From: Calothrix sp. NIES-2100
Lineage (GTDB): Bacteria; Cyanobacteriota; Cyanobacteriia; Cyanobacteriales; Nostocaceae
DNA length: 64,000 bases
NCBI GenBank assembly: GCA_002368195.1
Contig: AP018178.1
Span: 5,145,286 to 5,209,285, forward strand
Direction: 5' to 3'
This document shows, one piece after another, positions 52,715-64,000 of the stretch. Both the position numbers and the translations under genes were made by a program. The stretch's first letter is position 1. Every line of letters starts with the position of its first letter. The notes under the pieces are model-generated. The model was given only the letters and a program-made list of their open reading frames with translations. It ran no database searches and was not told the origin of the DNA.

Positions 52715-52723
52715 CTTGTTTTT

Positions 52724-52752
52724 GGGGAGATTTCTAGTTCTCCCATTTTTTT
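52724..52752 (+). terminator. Intrinsic terminator after trxA (GGGGAGA-tttctagt-TCTCCC plus TTTTTTT)
   Basis: Hairpin plus T-run read directly. Confidence 0.5.
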
Positions 52753-52832
52753 GGGAGGTACTCAACCATAATTCTATTACCCCTAAAAATTCTCCTACAC
52801 ATACAATCTACACAATACTAGGTGTAGTAACC

Positions 52833-53342
52833 ATGAACCCAGAAGCCAAACAAATTGTTAGTGAACTAAGGCGTGAATTCTACTCTCTATTTGCTGCTGC
52901 TATGAAGAAACCAGTGAGCATAAGTAGCACATCCTATAGTAGTAATTCTCCTATTGCATCTTGGATAGATGAAAGGCAGCAACTGAATTATGTAAATATA
53001 TATGCTTACATGGCACCTGACGAATTTAACCCATTGCGCCCGTTCATTCTGCGGCTGGCGATTAATAAAAGCGCTCTTCAATTCATGATGGGAAAAAAGT
53101 TCCAACAATCCCGAGGACTTAATCTGGTATGGGACTTTGAGTTAACTGTATTGCCAAGAGAAATTTTAGATTTTCTGCCTTGGATAGTTAGCTTAGTTGA
53201 ATCCCACGAGCAAGTTGCACCCTTAAGACTACAGTCACCACCCCATCCCTTTGAATTAAAAGTACCGGCGCTTGAGTTATGTAATAACGCATGGACTCTT
53301 GAAGCTTCTTGCCTCCTCACAAAAATGATGCAGCCAGTATAG
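52833..53342 (+). CDS. Hypothetical protein (169 aa from ATG 52833)
   Basis: Track ORF 52692..53342 has an N-terminal extension that overlaps the trxA terminator; internal ATG is preceded by a plausible RBS region. Confidence 0.4.
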   Translation: MNPEAKQIVSELRREFYSLFAAAMKKPVSISSTSYSSNSPIASWIDERQQLNYVNIYAYMAPDEFNPLRPFILRLAINKSALQFMMGKKFQQSRGLNLVWDFELTVLPREILDFLPWIVSLVESHEQVAPLRLQSPPHPFELKVPALELCNNAWTLEASCLLTKMMQPV

Positions 53343-53382
53343 TATTTTAGTTAACGCAGTCAAACACAACCACAATTGATAA

Positions 53383-53796
53383 TTACTGCAAGTTTTCTGT
53401 GCTTATATCTCTATTCACATCTACTGAGCCATTTGCATCCACACTTGCTGCTTCTTTGGTAAAATACTTTAAAGTTGAAGCTAAAGCTAGTTGAGAAGCT
53501 ACTTGATAAGCTACCTCTTTCGAGATTTCCTGTTGTTGATTTAACAACTCAAGAAAGCTTTCAAAATCACGCATCACACAATATCTGTGTAATGCAGATT
53601 TTTTTTCTATTAGATTAAATTTTTCGTCAATCTTATCTTTTGCTTCTTTTTCTGCCTCAGCAATTGAATTGACGAATCCGCCATTATGACATAATTCACC
53701 AAAAATTTTATAGTAATAAGCTTTTCTACTTAATGATTCCTCTTCAATGTGAATTGAATGAAACTTGTATTCAATTTTGAATTTTTTAGATTCCAT
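53383..53796 (-). CDS. Hypothetical protein in an AT-rich island
   Basis: 137-aa Lys/Glu-rich ORF; local GC is clearly lower than the flanks. Confidence 0.35.
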   Translation of the reverse strand: MESKKFKIEYKFHSIHIEEESLSRKAYYYKIFGELCHNGGFVNSIAEAEKEAKDKIDEKFNLIEKKSALHRYCVMRDFESFLELLNQQQEISKEVAYQVASQLALASTLKYFTKEAASVDANGSVDVNRDISTENLQ

Positions 53797-53992
53797 AAAT
53801 AGATGTCATCACATGATTAACTAAAAATAATCTTGAATTTGTAGTTTTTTTTTGTTCATCGTTCCCAACGATAATTTTCTACCCCCACATTGGTGGTGCA
53901 GGGGATTTATGACTATTATCACGTTAAAGTTGCAATTTTTAATTTGCTCTCCGAGCACTTATAAGGATAGAGAGATGATACAAACTTGAGAC

Positions 53993-54181
53993 TCATTTGC
54001 GAAAATTTCTCTTATTTTGTCTGTGCCGAGCAACTTCTTTGCGCTTACGTTTTTGCTCTGGCGTTTCAAAATGACGATTCTTTTTCATGTCAGGAAAAAT
54101 ACCTGCCTTAGAAACTTTGCGCTTAAAACGACGCAAGGCAGATTCAATTCCTTCATGATCGTCTACGATTATTTGAGTCAT
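53993..54181 (-). CDS. rpsU: 30S ribosomal protein S21
   Basis: [29 protein letters not shown]...KRKRK...: canonical S21. Confidence 0.9.
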   Translation of the reverse strand: MTQIIVDDHEGIESALRRFKRKVSKAGIFPDMKKNRHFETPEQKRKRKEVARHRQNKRNFRK

Positions 54182-54301
54182 TCTATGTCCTTACTTAAGT
54201 AGTACTGGTGAGTGTTAATCCATGCAGTAAATCTGAGAAAAAAAGGACAGACTCATTGTCTGCCCTGAAGACGTTAGAGTTTAAATTTCTGAGTTGAGAT
54301 T

Positions 54302-54601
54302 TTAGTAACGGTTGCGAAAGCCGGAGTTATTTCGGTTCCCACCAAAGGAACCTCTGTCTTCTCTGGGTCTAGCTTTGTTCACTTTCAAGTTACGTCCCAT
54401 CCACTCAGCACCATCAAGAGCTTCAATGGCAGCATTTTCTTCTGCATCTGTACCCATTTCTACAAAAGCAAAACCACGCAAACGACCTGTTTCACGATCA
54501 GTGGGTAGCGAAATCTGCTTTACAGAACCATATTCTGCAAAAACACTATTTAAAGTCTCTTGTGTAACTTCATATGAGAGATTACCTACGTAAAGTGACA
54601 T
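54302..54601 (-). CDS. rbp: RRM-type RNA-binding protein with Gly-rich C-terminus
   Basis: MSLYVGNLSYEVT, RGFAFVEM, GSFGGNRNNSGFRNRY. Confidence 0.85.
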   Translation of the reverse strand: MSLYVGNLSYEVTQETLNSVFAEYGSVKQISLPTDRETGRLRGFAFVEMGTDAEENAAIEALDGAEWMGRNLKVNKARPREDRGSFGGNRNNSGFRNRY

Positions 54602-55908
54602 AAATTGCTTCCAAAATTAAAAGTGTGTAGAGATTTAAATTTCGGAGACAACCCTGTCAATAACAAAGAGTAAAAGCCTGTTAATAATAAAAACAAAATT
54701 TGTGTCCGATTTTTATTCTCATATTCAACCTTAACACGATATTCAATTACTCTACAGAATATATTTCTAAAGTCTGAGTTGTAGATTGTACAAAGATCAG
54801 TTTTTTATTAAAAGCTTAATTTTAGGCGAACTATTGTGAACCTGCGCTATATCCTAAGTATATATAAAGTAATTTATATAACTTGCTCTACGTGTCTCTT
54901 TCAGTTTAGATGAGCGCGATGCTAAAGCGTTTCACTCAAAAAAATTGCTAAAATTCATACTTTATATCGGGAAATAAAGTTAATAAAATATAAATAAGTT
55001 TGATGTGAGCAATAATGACAAAATTGGAAAACAATATGATGGCAAGTGAAAAAATAATTTTCCTCAGGAAAAATAAATTAGTAAATCTGTGTTAATCTAA
55101 AAACAGGAATCAAAAAGTAAGAATGCAAAAAGACTTCAAGACAATATTGAGGTAAACTCAATAAAGTCCTTTTGCTCTGGTAAGTCCGCTTCAATATCGT
55201 TATGATTTTTAGTAACGATAACAAAAGCCAGATCAGCAAGATAAACACCTTAGTAAGGGCTTGAAGTCAATCATAGCTTGCTTAGGTAATAGCCAGTAAT
55301 GTTTGGCTATACTAGTTAGTTAAACCACCAGATTCAATTACTCTTAGAGTCGCAGGAGAAAGACTCTTAGTACATCCTGGTAATCCGAAATAAATTAGAA
55401 CAGTTACTGAACTTGGTAGAAGCAATATTAACTATTTTCATTGCTCCAACTATGTTTTAGCAGCTGCTTACTGGGAAATTAAAACTTCCAGCAAGTAGAT
55501 ACTGTTCCACAAAATTCAGGAATTTAACTAGATTGTCAAAATTAACCAATACACTGCCTAAACCATAGTGTTAAAGGTTGTAAATGCAGAGATTTATCTT
55601 GTAATTGAGGACTTATTTCGCTGCATTAAGAGCAATAGGATTAGGTGATTTTTTAGGAATAAATCGAAGAAACACCAAGAAGCGATCGCTCGGTATTTTA
55701 GGATATCGAATGGGGCAATTATGGCAAAAGCAACATTAGGAAAGTTGTAGCAACCATTAAGAGTAAACTGCAATTTTGGTTGGTTGGGTGCAGGGCAAAA
55801 ACCCTGTAAAGTTTGATATTGCCACTGTAAAAACTCTGAAGGCTTGAGCAACCGATGGGGATTTAGTTACAACAACCTACAATGCTGATGTCAAAGTTCT
55901 CCTGATAG

Positions 55909-57012
<1,104 letters not shown>

Positions 57013-57020
57013 GTAAAAAA

Positions 57021-57050
57021 ACTCCATCCTCAAGGGGGTGGAGTTTTTGT
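57021..57050 (+). terminator. Strong intrinsic terminator after nifH (ACTCCATCC-tcaagg-GGGTGGAGT plus TTTTT)
   Basis: 9-bp stem plus T-run 9 nt after the nifH stop. Confidence 0.75.
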
Positions 57051-57109
57051 CAATGGTCGGTTGTCAGTGGTAAAACAACTAACAACCGCCCACAAACAAA
57101 TGACATGCA

Positions 57110-57200
57110 TAAAGCCTTCTCTTCGAGACGCTGCGCGAACGGCATAGCTATCTCCTGTCGGAGAGGCTGCGCCCTAAGCGAAGCTATGCCGTAGGCTTTA
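57110..57200. repeat. Dispersed repeat copy (CTTCTCTTCGAGACGCTGCGCG...) with internal inverted repeats
   Basis: Shares a 22-nt core with the duplicated element at 14119-14290. Confidence 0.5.
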
Positions 57201-57240
57201 CGCTTAGCGCGGAACGTCCCGCTCTTAAGCGCAATAAAAA

Positions 57241-57282
57241 AATTCCCGTTGTCAACTTAGTAACAACGGGAATTTATATAAT
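57241..57282 (-). terminator. Hairpin AATTCCCGTTG-tcaacttagtaa-CAACGGGAATT with A/T runs on both sides (bidirectional terminator)
   Basis: 11-bp perfect stem; T-run follows on the minus strand just 3' of the 57298..58632 gene. Confidence 0.55.
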
Positions 57283-57297
57283 TTTATATAAACTCAA

Positions 57298-58632
57298 CTA
57301 GCGAGAGGCGAGTTGTGGATTCGCCCAAACATCTGTAAACTTTTGACCAAAAGTAATTGGCTGATCTGTATCAGTATTGATATTTACAATCTTGCCATCA
57401 ATTGCTACTTTCACTAATGGCCAGTCTTCATCACCTAATTCGCCAGCACGGAAGAGTACGTGATCGGGTTGACCTTTACTCCAACCTAATAACACTGCAA
57501 TCTTTTCATGCTCATCTGCTTCACTTACAGGAGAAACAGTGTTAGCTTGATTGTTTTGCCGATCCCAAATCACTGCGCGATCTGTTGCATCAGCTGTATT
57601 GAATATACCTTCAAAGCGACGTGCTAAGAAGCGATCGCCTTTTTCCGACCAGCTTACAGGAACTAATACGCCAATTTTACCATTGCTCTCTGTTGCTTCC
57701 TGAGTCTGTGCTTTTGTTTGTAATAAAGGATCGCCCAGGACAGAAGTAGAAGCAATTACCCTTAACTTCTTGGTTTGTACCTCTTCGACAAACAACACAC
57801 TCGTAACACGGCTGTTGTGCATTTCGGGTTTTACTTCTAGTCGCACCCTACTATACACAACATACTTCCCATCGGGAGAAGCTACAGGAACACTGCGATA
57901 GTAACGTACTCCACCTCCCTTAGAACCAATAGCCTCCTGAGTAGCTAAAATCCATTTCCAAGGAATGGGATGAGGGCTACCTATGGGATCTGCTGCTACT
58001 TGCTCTGGGCCTGGTTGTTCCGCAACAGGTATATCTGAGTTGGTGTTTGGTTGTGATTCCCTTAAAATTGGTGTAACTTGAGTTGCTGCCAATGATTGAG
58101 TAACAATTATTTCCTTGGGCTGAAAATTATTTGCAGCTTTCAAAGACTTGATTTTCGAGCCTTTTAACTTTTGCAATAAACCTGATTGACTAGAAGAGAC
58201 TTTTGTCGATGGTGCGATTTCCACGACTGCTAATGGATCTGATTCAGGTACATTGCTGCTAGAAACAGTATGGTCTTCTTTGAGAATACTTTCTGTTCCT
58301 GCCAAAGAATCAATATTGTCTGCTGGTGATAATTGTGATTCTCCAACAGTAGCCATTCCTTCCATCTGAGAGTCAGATTCTCTCGTTGGGGTGTTATTTG
58401 GATCTGCTGTTAATATATCAGCTAATAAATCATGTTCCCTAACAGCAGCAATTTCTATGCCAGTTGAACCTGAATTTCCATTTTCAGAAGTGATATTTGC
58501 TACTTCTGATTGCTTAGCTGAGGTAGAGTGACCTGATGCTGCTACTAGAGGTGCGATCAGTATCGCAATCACAGCATATTTGATAAATGGTTGTACGCGA
58601 AACCATCCTGACAGCAAAAGAGGTTTAAACAT
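57298..58632 (-). CDS. Secreted/membrane-anchored Ser/Thr-rich hypothetical protein
   Basis: N-terminal TM/signal anchor, low-complexity linker, C-terminal globular region; 444 aa. Confidence 0.5.
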   Translation of the reverse strand: MFKPLLLSGWFRVQPFIKYAVIAILIAPLVAASGHSTSAKQSEVANITSENGNSGSTGIEIAAVREHDLLADILTADPNNTPTRESDSQMEGMATVGESQLSPADNIDSLAGTESILKEDHTVSSSNVPESDPLAVVEIAPSTKVSSSQSGLLQKLKGSKIKSLKAANNFQPKEIIVTQSLAATQVTPILRESQPNTNSDIPVAEQPGPEQVAADPIGSPHPIPWKWILATQEAIGSKGGGVRYYRSVPVASPDGKYVVYSRVRLEVKPEMHNSRVTSVLFVEEVQTKKLRVIASTSVLGDPLLQTKAQTQEATESNGKIGVLVPVSWSEKGDRFLARRFEGIFNTADATDRAVIWDRQNNQANTVSPVSEADEHEKIAVLLGWSKGQPDHVLFRAGELGDEDWPLVKVAIDGKIVNINTDTDQPITFGQKFTDVWANPQLASR

Positions 58633-59469
58633 GGGTTGACTCTCTAGAGGGCGGTTGCTGTGTGAGAAGCAGACCTGTGCAGCAATGAGGTAGGCTATGG
58701 ATATAGGTATAACAAGAAACTAAAAGCTTTAACGAGAGAATTTCTTGAAAGTTATTACAGATTTACAAAGCTTAAGTATCATAGTTAACCTCTTTCGACC
58801 TTTAGTATACTGACTCGATACAGATAATCTGTTATTAGGTAATAACACAGATTAATTAAGGAATATAAAGAACAAGACAAACTGATTCAGCATTTGACAC
58901 TCAACTCTACCTAGGGGTAGTAGTCAATTAGTCTTCAGCTGAACCACTTAAGCCGTTAATAACTAAAGCCGAGATACAAATCACGCTTACTGTTAGGAGT
59001 TGTGTTGAGGATAGCTAACCCGCAGGCTGCTTCCCTACCTATAACCTGCGACAATAGCGCAGAATCACAAATCACGGTAAATTTGAGACGTTACCGCCAA
59101 AGCTGACGCGCAACATATTTCCTACTAAAAAACCAAATACTAGTATCTACCTAACTACATAAATTGTCACCTGCTCTACATTAATTGTGAGGACACAGTG
59201 ACATTTGGATGTAAATACACCTAAAGCTTAATTCTAGGAAACACAACAAAACGATATTTAGCAGGTAGAGGCACAGCCGATTGTCGTCCGACATCGACCA
59301 ATAATTGAGTTACGCTAGAAGTAAAAGCAGTTATTACTAGCTTATCTGCTGGCTAACTTAGACTTAATTATAAGTCTATCAAGGAATTTTTGGTTTCACC
59401 ATTATCAAATCACTTTAGCATCAAAAAACTCATTTCTGGAAAGATTATTTCGCAATAGTTAAAAGTCAA

Positions 59470-59546
59470 AAGTCCATAATCCATAATCGATTGACTATTG
59501 ACCAATGACCATTGACCAATGACCATTGACTATTGTCCATTGACAA
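59470..59546. repeat. STRR block (TTGACCA/TTGACTA heptamers)
   Basis: Read directly upstream of fmt. Confidence 0.7.
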
Positions 59547-59555
59547 TTGACTAAC

Positions 59556-60557
59556 ATGAAAATTGTATTTTTTGGTACTCCACAGTTTGCTGTCCCAACT
59601 CTAGAAAAATTACTGAACCACAAAGATATTGAAGTATTGGCAGTTGTTACGCAACCCGATAAACGCCGAGAAAGAGGGAATAAACTAACACCTTCACCAG
59701 TAAAAACACTTGCTAGTTCTGTTAACCTACCAGTATGGCAACCCCAGCGCCTAAAAAAACATACAGCAACCTTAACTAAACTTAAACAATCAGATGCAGA
59801 TGCGTTTGTTGTTGTCGCCTATGGGCAAATTTTATCACCCCAAATTTTAGAAATGCCAAAGTTGGGCTGCATTAACGTGCATGGCTCGATTTTGCCTAAA
59901 TACCGGGGTGCAGCGCCCATTCAATGGTGTTTGTATAATGGCGAGTCCGAAACGGGGATCACCACAATGTTAATGGATGCAGGGATGGACACAGGGGCGA
60001 TGCTGCTTAAAGCCACAACACCGATTGGATTACTGGATAATACCTATAATTTAGCCGAGAGGCTAGCCGACATTGGTGCAGATTTATTGCTGGAAACCTT
60101 ATGTACACTAGAACGCCAGCAAATCACAGCAATTCCTCAGGATCATTCCCAAGCGACTTATGCACCTTTAATTCAAAAGCAGGATTACGGGTTAGATTGG
60201 TCAAAAAGTGCTGTACAATTACACAATCAAATCAGAGGCTTTTACCCTAACTGCACTGCGAGTTTTCGTAATCAAGTGCTGAAAATTACGGCTACCGTTC
60301 CCCTTGGTTCTGCTTACAGCCATGAGCTACCAGCAGAATTAGAAAACATAATACATAAATTGCCTGATTTGTCAACTTTGTCCGGTAGTCCGGGAGAAGT
60401 GGTAAGCATTACCAAGGGAATTGGCGCGATCGTCCAAACAGGCGTTGGTATGTTGTTGTTGCGAGAAGTTCAGTTAGCTGGTAAACGTCCTCAGTCGGGC
60501 TGGGATTTTGTTAATGGTACCCGTTTAACTGTAGGAGAAGTGTTTGAAAAAGGATGA
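59556..60557 (+). CDS. fmt: Methionyl-tRNA formyltransferase
   Basis: [20 protein letters not shown]..., formyl transferase N-domain and C-terminal domain; start ATG 59556. Confidence 0.9.
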   Translation: MKIVFFGTPQFAVPTLEKLLNHKDIEVLAVVTQPDKRRERGNKLTPSPVKTLASSVNLPVWQPQRLKKHTATLTKLKQSDADAFVVVAYGQILSPQILEMPKLGCINVHGSILPKYRGAAPIQWCLYNGESETGITTMLMDAGMDTGAMLLKATTPIGLLDNTYNLAERLADIGADLLLETLCTLERQQITAIPQDHSQATYAPLIQKQDYGLDWSKSAVQLHNQIRGFYPNCTASFRNQVLKITATVPLGSAYSHELPAELENIIHKLPDLSTLSGSPGEVVSITKGIGAIVQTGVGMLLLREVQLAGKRPQSGWDFVNGTRLTVGEVFEKG

Positions 60558-60567
60558 AGTATGAAAT

Positions 60568-60933
60568 TCATCCTTGGTCTTTCATCCTTTCATAGAAACG
60601 GCAAGATATACAAGGGCCAGTGGGATTGACTGCACAACGGACGATTTCGGAATGAGCATTATAGCTACAGGTAGCATCGCCAATTACCCATCGTCCCTCT
60701 ACCAAACTTTTCTCAGCTGGTCTTTGAGCAGACTGTACGTAAAGGGCGATATTATGCAAACGGTAGCGCCCTGCTTTTAATTGGTATTTGTGGCGGCGCT
60801 CTAAAACTGCGTAAGTTTTCCCGTCAAAATCGAGATAATTTCCTGGTTGGGGTGTCCAATCAAGTTGCGCTCGACCGAGGGATTGACGCGGATGCGTCAA
60901 AATCACCTCGGTTGGTAAAGAGTCTGGCTCCAT
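60568..60933 (-). CDS. Conserved hypothetical protein (121 aa)
   Basis: Clean ORF converging on fmt; no motif. Confidence 0.4.
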   Translation of the reverse strand: MEPDSLPTEVILTHPRQSLGRAQLDWTPQPGNYLDFDGKTYAVLERRHKYQLKAGRYRLHNIALYVQSAQRPAEKSLVEGRWVIGDATCSYNAHSEIVRCAVNPTGPCISCRFYERMKDQG

Positions 60934-61039
60934 AGGCTTATGTGATTTGATTTACATTATAAGAATAGTATCGCACTCACCTCTTTTAGCTTACCGAATC
61001 TAGACTATAATTAATAGTTTGCTAAATTTACTCGCTGCG

Positions 61040-61160
61040 CGGGTCAATTGTCATTGGTCATTTGTCAATGGTCATTGGTCATTTGTCATTGGTCAATGGT
61101 CAGTGGTCATAAGTAATTTATCCCCACACTCCCCACACTCCCCCACACTCCCCTCTCTCC
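61040..61160. repeat. STRR block ((TTGGTCA/TTTGTCA)n then (CCCCACACT)n)
   Basis: Read directly upstream of psaC. Confidence 0.75.
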
Positions 61161-61512
61161 CCATCTCATCATCCAATGCTGATCGCACTTCAAATTAGCA
61201 TTGACAAAATGCTATGATTGGCATCGAAATCAATCCAGGCGATCGCTTAGTCAGTTCTTCAGTTGAGTTTTTCCATCCCGACTTAACCTCCTGCTAAGTA
61301 CCACCGCCGAATCCCCTGTCTGCTCGTTGGCTGTTAAATCTAGATTGGATTTAAATTCATAAATCTTCACAAAGGCCAAGCAGCCCTAGGGAATCGGTGA
61401 GGTAAATTTCTGCTGATGATGTGGTTGATTTATCGGGGAATCAGGCGATAGAGACCGATATGAACAAGGCAAATAATTTTAGATGCCTATTACATTGTTT
61501 AAAGTTATGTAG

Positions 61513-61851
<339 letters not shown>

Positions 61852-61960
61852 TTTCTCATTTTGCTCGCAATCAACTGTTTTAGTTAGCAAGCACTTTTAG
61901 CATCGTAGGGTGGGAACTTGCCACCCTACAGTATCGTTCTTTAAAAAGAATTCAGTATTA

Positions 61961-61984
61961 AGGAGTAATATACTCCTTTTTTCT
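61961..61984 (+). terminator. Intrinsic terminator after psaC (AGGAGTA-ata-TACTCCT plus TTTTTT)
   Basis: Hairpin plus T-run; an additional 9-bp hairpin GTAGGGTGG/CCACCCTAC at 61905-61929. Confidence 0.5.
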
Positions 61985-62057
61985 TTGCTAAAATTGACAC
62001 TTCTATGATACCAACTTGTCGAGTTGGTATCATCTTCAACAGAGAGGGGTGGACGAA

Positions 62058-63935
62058 ATGTGCGGCATTGTGGGGTATATTGGCACTCAAGCGGCGACAG
62101 AAATTCTCTTATCTGGTTTAGAGAAATTGGAGTATCGGGGCTATGATTCTGCGGGAATCGCTACTATCTGGGAAGGTGATGTGCAATGCGTGCGGGCTAA
62201 GGGCAAACTCCAGAACTTACGTTCTAAACTCGAACAAGTAGAAACTCCCGCGCAAATTGGTATCGGTCACACTCGCTGGGCGACTCATGGTAAACCAGAA
62301 GAGTATAATGCCCATCCCCACCTAGATACGGCAAGGCGAGTAGCGGTAGTGCAAAATGGCATTATTGAGAACTATCGTGAGTTGCGAGAGGAACTAAAAG
62401 CCAAAGGACATGTGTTTCGTTCCGAAACAGATACAGAAGTTATTCCGCACCTGATTGCCGAAATTTTTAAAACATCTCCCTCTTCCTTATTAGAAGCGGT
62501 TCGTCAAGCTGTAAACCACCTACAAGGCGCATTTGCGATCGCAGTGATTTCAGCAGACTACCCAGATGAATTGATTGCTGTTCGGCAACAAGCACCCTTG
62601 GTAATTGGATTTGGGCAAGGAGAGTTATTTTGCGCTTCCGATACGCCGGCGATCGTTGCTTATACCCGGGCAGTGCTACCATTAGAAAATGGAGAAATTG
62701 CGTGCCTGACACCTCTGGGTGTGGAAATTTACAACTTTGCTGGCGATCGCCTCAAAAAGCAACCCCGATTACTCAACTTGAATCCCACAATGGTAGAAAA
62801 GCAGGGATTCAAGCACTTCATGCTCAAAGAAATTTACGAGCAACCAGGAGTGGTACGTGCTAGTTTAGAAGCTTACTTTAGTAATGATGCTAATACCAGT
62901 CAGCCTACCCAGTCACCAATTAATCTTGGGTTACCTCCAGAATTCTACGCAGATATAGAACAAATTCAAATCGTTGCTTGTGGTACTAGTTGGCACGCCG
63001 CATTGGTAGGAAAATACTTGCTCGAACAACTAGCAGGGATTTCTACCCAGGTACACTATGCTTCCGAATATCGCTATGCCCCATCACCTTTAATACCCAA
63101 TACATTGATTATTGGTGTGACGCAATCAGGGGAAACAGCTGATACTTTGGCAGCTTTAGCAATGGAAAAAGAACGCCGTCAAGGTAAAGAAAGCAAATAT
63201 CAAGCGCGATTGTTGGGTATTACCAATCGTCCAGAAAGCAGCCTCGGTCATATGGTTCCCCATATTATTAATACTTTAGCAGGAATTGAAATTGGTGTAG
63301 CGGCGACAAAAACCTTTATTGCCCAATTAATGGCATTTTACGCCTTAGCCTTGGATTTAGCTGCCCATCGTCAAACAATTTCCCCAGATAAAATCGCAGA
63401 AATTATTGAAGGCTTGCGACAAGTTCCCAAAGAAATTGAAGCCACTTTAGAAATTCAAGAAGGTTTAACCGAACAATTAGCACACGAGTTTGCAGAAACC
63501 CAAGATTGTATCTTTTTGGGAAGGGGGATTAACTTCCCCATCGCCTTAGAAGGCGCATTGAAATTAAAAGAAATTAGCTATATTCACGCCGAAGGATATC
63601 CAGCCGGCGAAATGAAACACGGCCCGATCGCCCTTTTGGATGCTAAAGTACCAGTAGTGGCGATCGCTGTTCCTGGTAGTGTTTACGAAAAAGTGATTTC
63701 TAATGCCCAAGAAGCCAAAGCTAGAGATTCGCGGTTAATTGGGGTAACACCTGTAAAAGATGGCGAAGCAGCCGAAATCTTTAACGATTTATTACCAGTA
63801 CCAACTGTAGATGAATTACTCTCTCCCATCCTCACAGTCATACCTCTGCAATTATTGGCTTATCACATCGCGGCGCGTCGCGGTTTAGATGTCGATCAGC
63901 CCCGGAACCTCGCAAAATCGGTGACTGTGGAATAG
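62058..63935 (+). CDS. glmS: Glutamine--fructose-6-phosphate aminotransferase (isomerising)
   Basis: MCGIVGYIG N-terminal nucleophile, two SIS domains, C-terminal ...KSVTVE. Confidence 0.95.
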   Translation: MCGIVGYIGTQAATEILLSGLEKLEYRGYDSAGIATIWEGDVQCVRAKGKLQNLRSKLEQVETPAQIGIGHTRWATHGKPEEYNAHPHLDTARRVAVVQNGIIENYRELREELKAKGHVFRSETDTEVIPHLIAEIFKTSPSSLLEAVRQAVNHLQGAFAIAVISADYPDELIAVRQQAPLVIGFGQGELFCASDTPAIVAYTRAVLPLENGEIACLTPLGVEIYNFAGDRLKKQPRLLNLNPTMVEKQGFKHFMLKEIYEQPGVVRASLEAYFSNDANTSQPTQSPINLGLPPEFYADIEQIQIVACGTSWHAALVGKYLLEQLAGISTQVHYASEYRYAPSPLIPNTLIIGVTQSGETADTLAALAMEKERRQGKESKYQARLLGITNRPESSLGHMVPHIINTLAGIEIGVAATKTFIAQLMAFYALALDLAAHRQTISPDKIAEIIEGLRQVPKEIEATLEIQEGLTEQLAHEFAETQDCIFLGRGINFPIALEGALKLKEISYIHAEGYPAGEMKHGPIALLDAKVPVVAIAVPGSVYEKVISNAQEAKARDSRLIGVTPVKDGEAAEIFNDLLPVPTVDELLSPILTVIPLQLLAYHIAARRGLDVDQPRNLAKSVTVE

Positions 63936-64000
63936 TATAAAATTATACTTTATATTTTATATGAAAATAGCTTCTTAGCAAGTTATGTAGCTTGCAAGAG

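Noticed and set aside
55594-55851. 85-aa ORF upstream of nifH on the minus strand
   Set aside because: Lies in an AT-rich non-coding leader, no motif, atypical composition.

Overview
This window reads as a chromosomal segment from a filamentous, heterocyst-forming cyanobacterium of the Nostoc/Anabaena type. The HIP1 octamer GCGATCGC is very frequent. Blocks of STRR-type tandem hepta/octamer repeats (TTTGTCA/TTGGTCA, CAACAGT, ATTGGGC, CCCCTTGT) fill many intergenic spacers. Marker genes include nifH, psaC, ndhH, cp12 and a devBCA-like exporter.

Housekeeping genes are ndhH, rsmH, guaA, cbiD, trmB, trxA, rpsU, fmt, psaC and glmS, plus three RRM-type rbp genes, two GST genes, an M20 peptidase, a GAF histidine kinase, exbBD, tetR-devBCA and SpoIID.

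The accessory content falls into four groups:
- A roughly 10-kb minus-strand cluster (9.2-19.0 kb) encodes a type IV secretion-like apparatus. It has VirB4/TrbE-like ATPase, VirB10/TrbI-like, VirB6/TrbL-like and tandem VirB8-like paralogs, VirB3-like and secreted components. No VirB11, VirD4 or relaxase is seen. STRR blocks cut the cluster into modules, and an IS605-family TnpB element with a divergent small RHH ORF lies next to it.
- A locus at 40.9-48.9 kb holds two divergently transcribed paralogous AAA-like NTPase proteins. One carries two N-terminal HTH-like domains. The other is 1202 aa with an internal TM helix and about 14 WD40 repeats. A membrane/coiled-coil DUF4407-like protein plus a helical partner lie downstream.
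- A 265-aa protein fuses a CBS pair to a HEPN domain, followed by a 21-bp x5 tandem repeat.
- A stand-alone nifH (nifH2/vnfH-like) is not linked to nifDK.

Several dispersed repeat families and strong intrinsic terminators are also visible. No tRNA, rRNA or CRISPR array could be supported.
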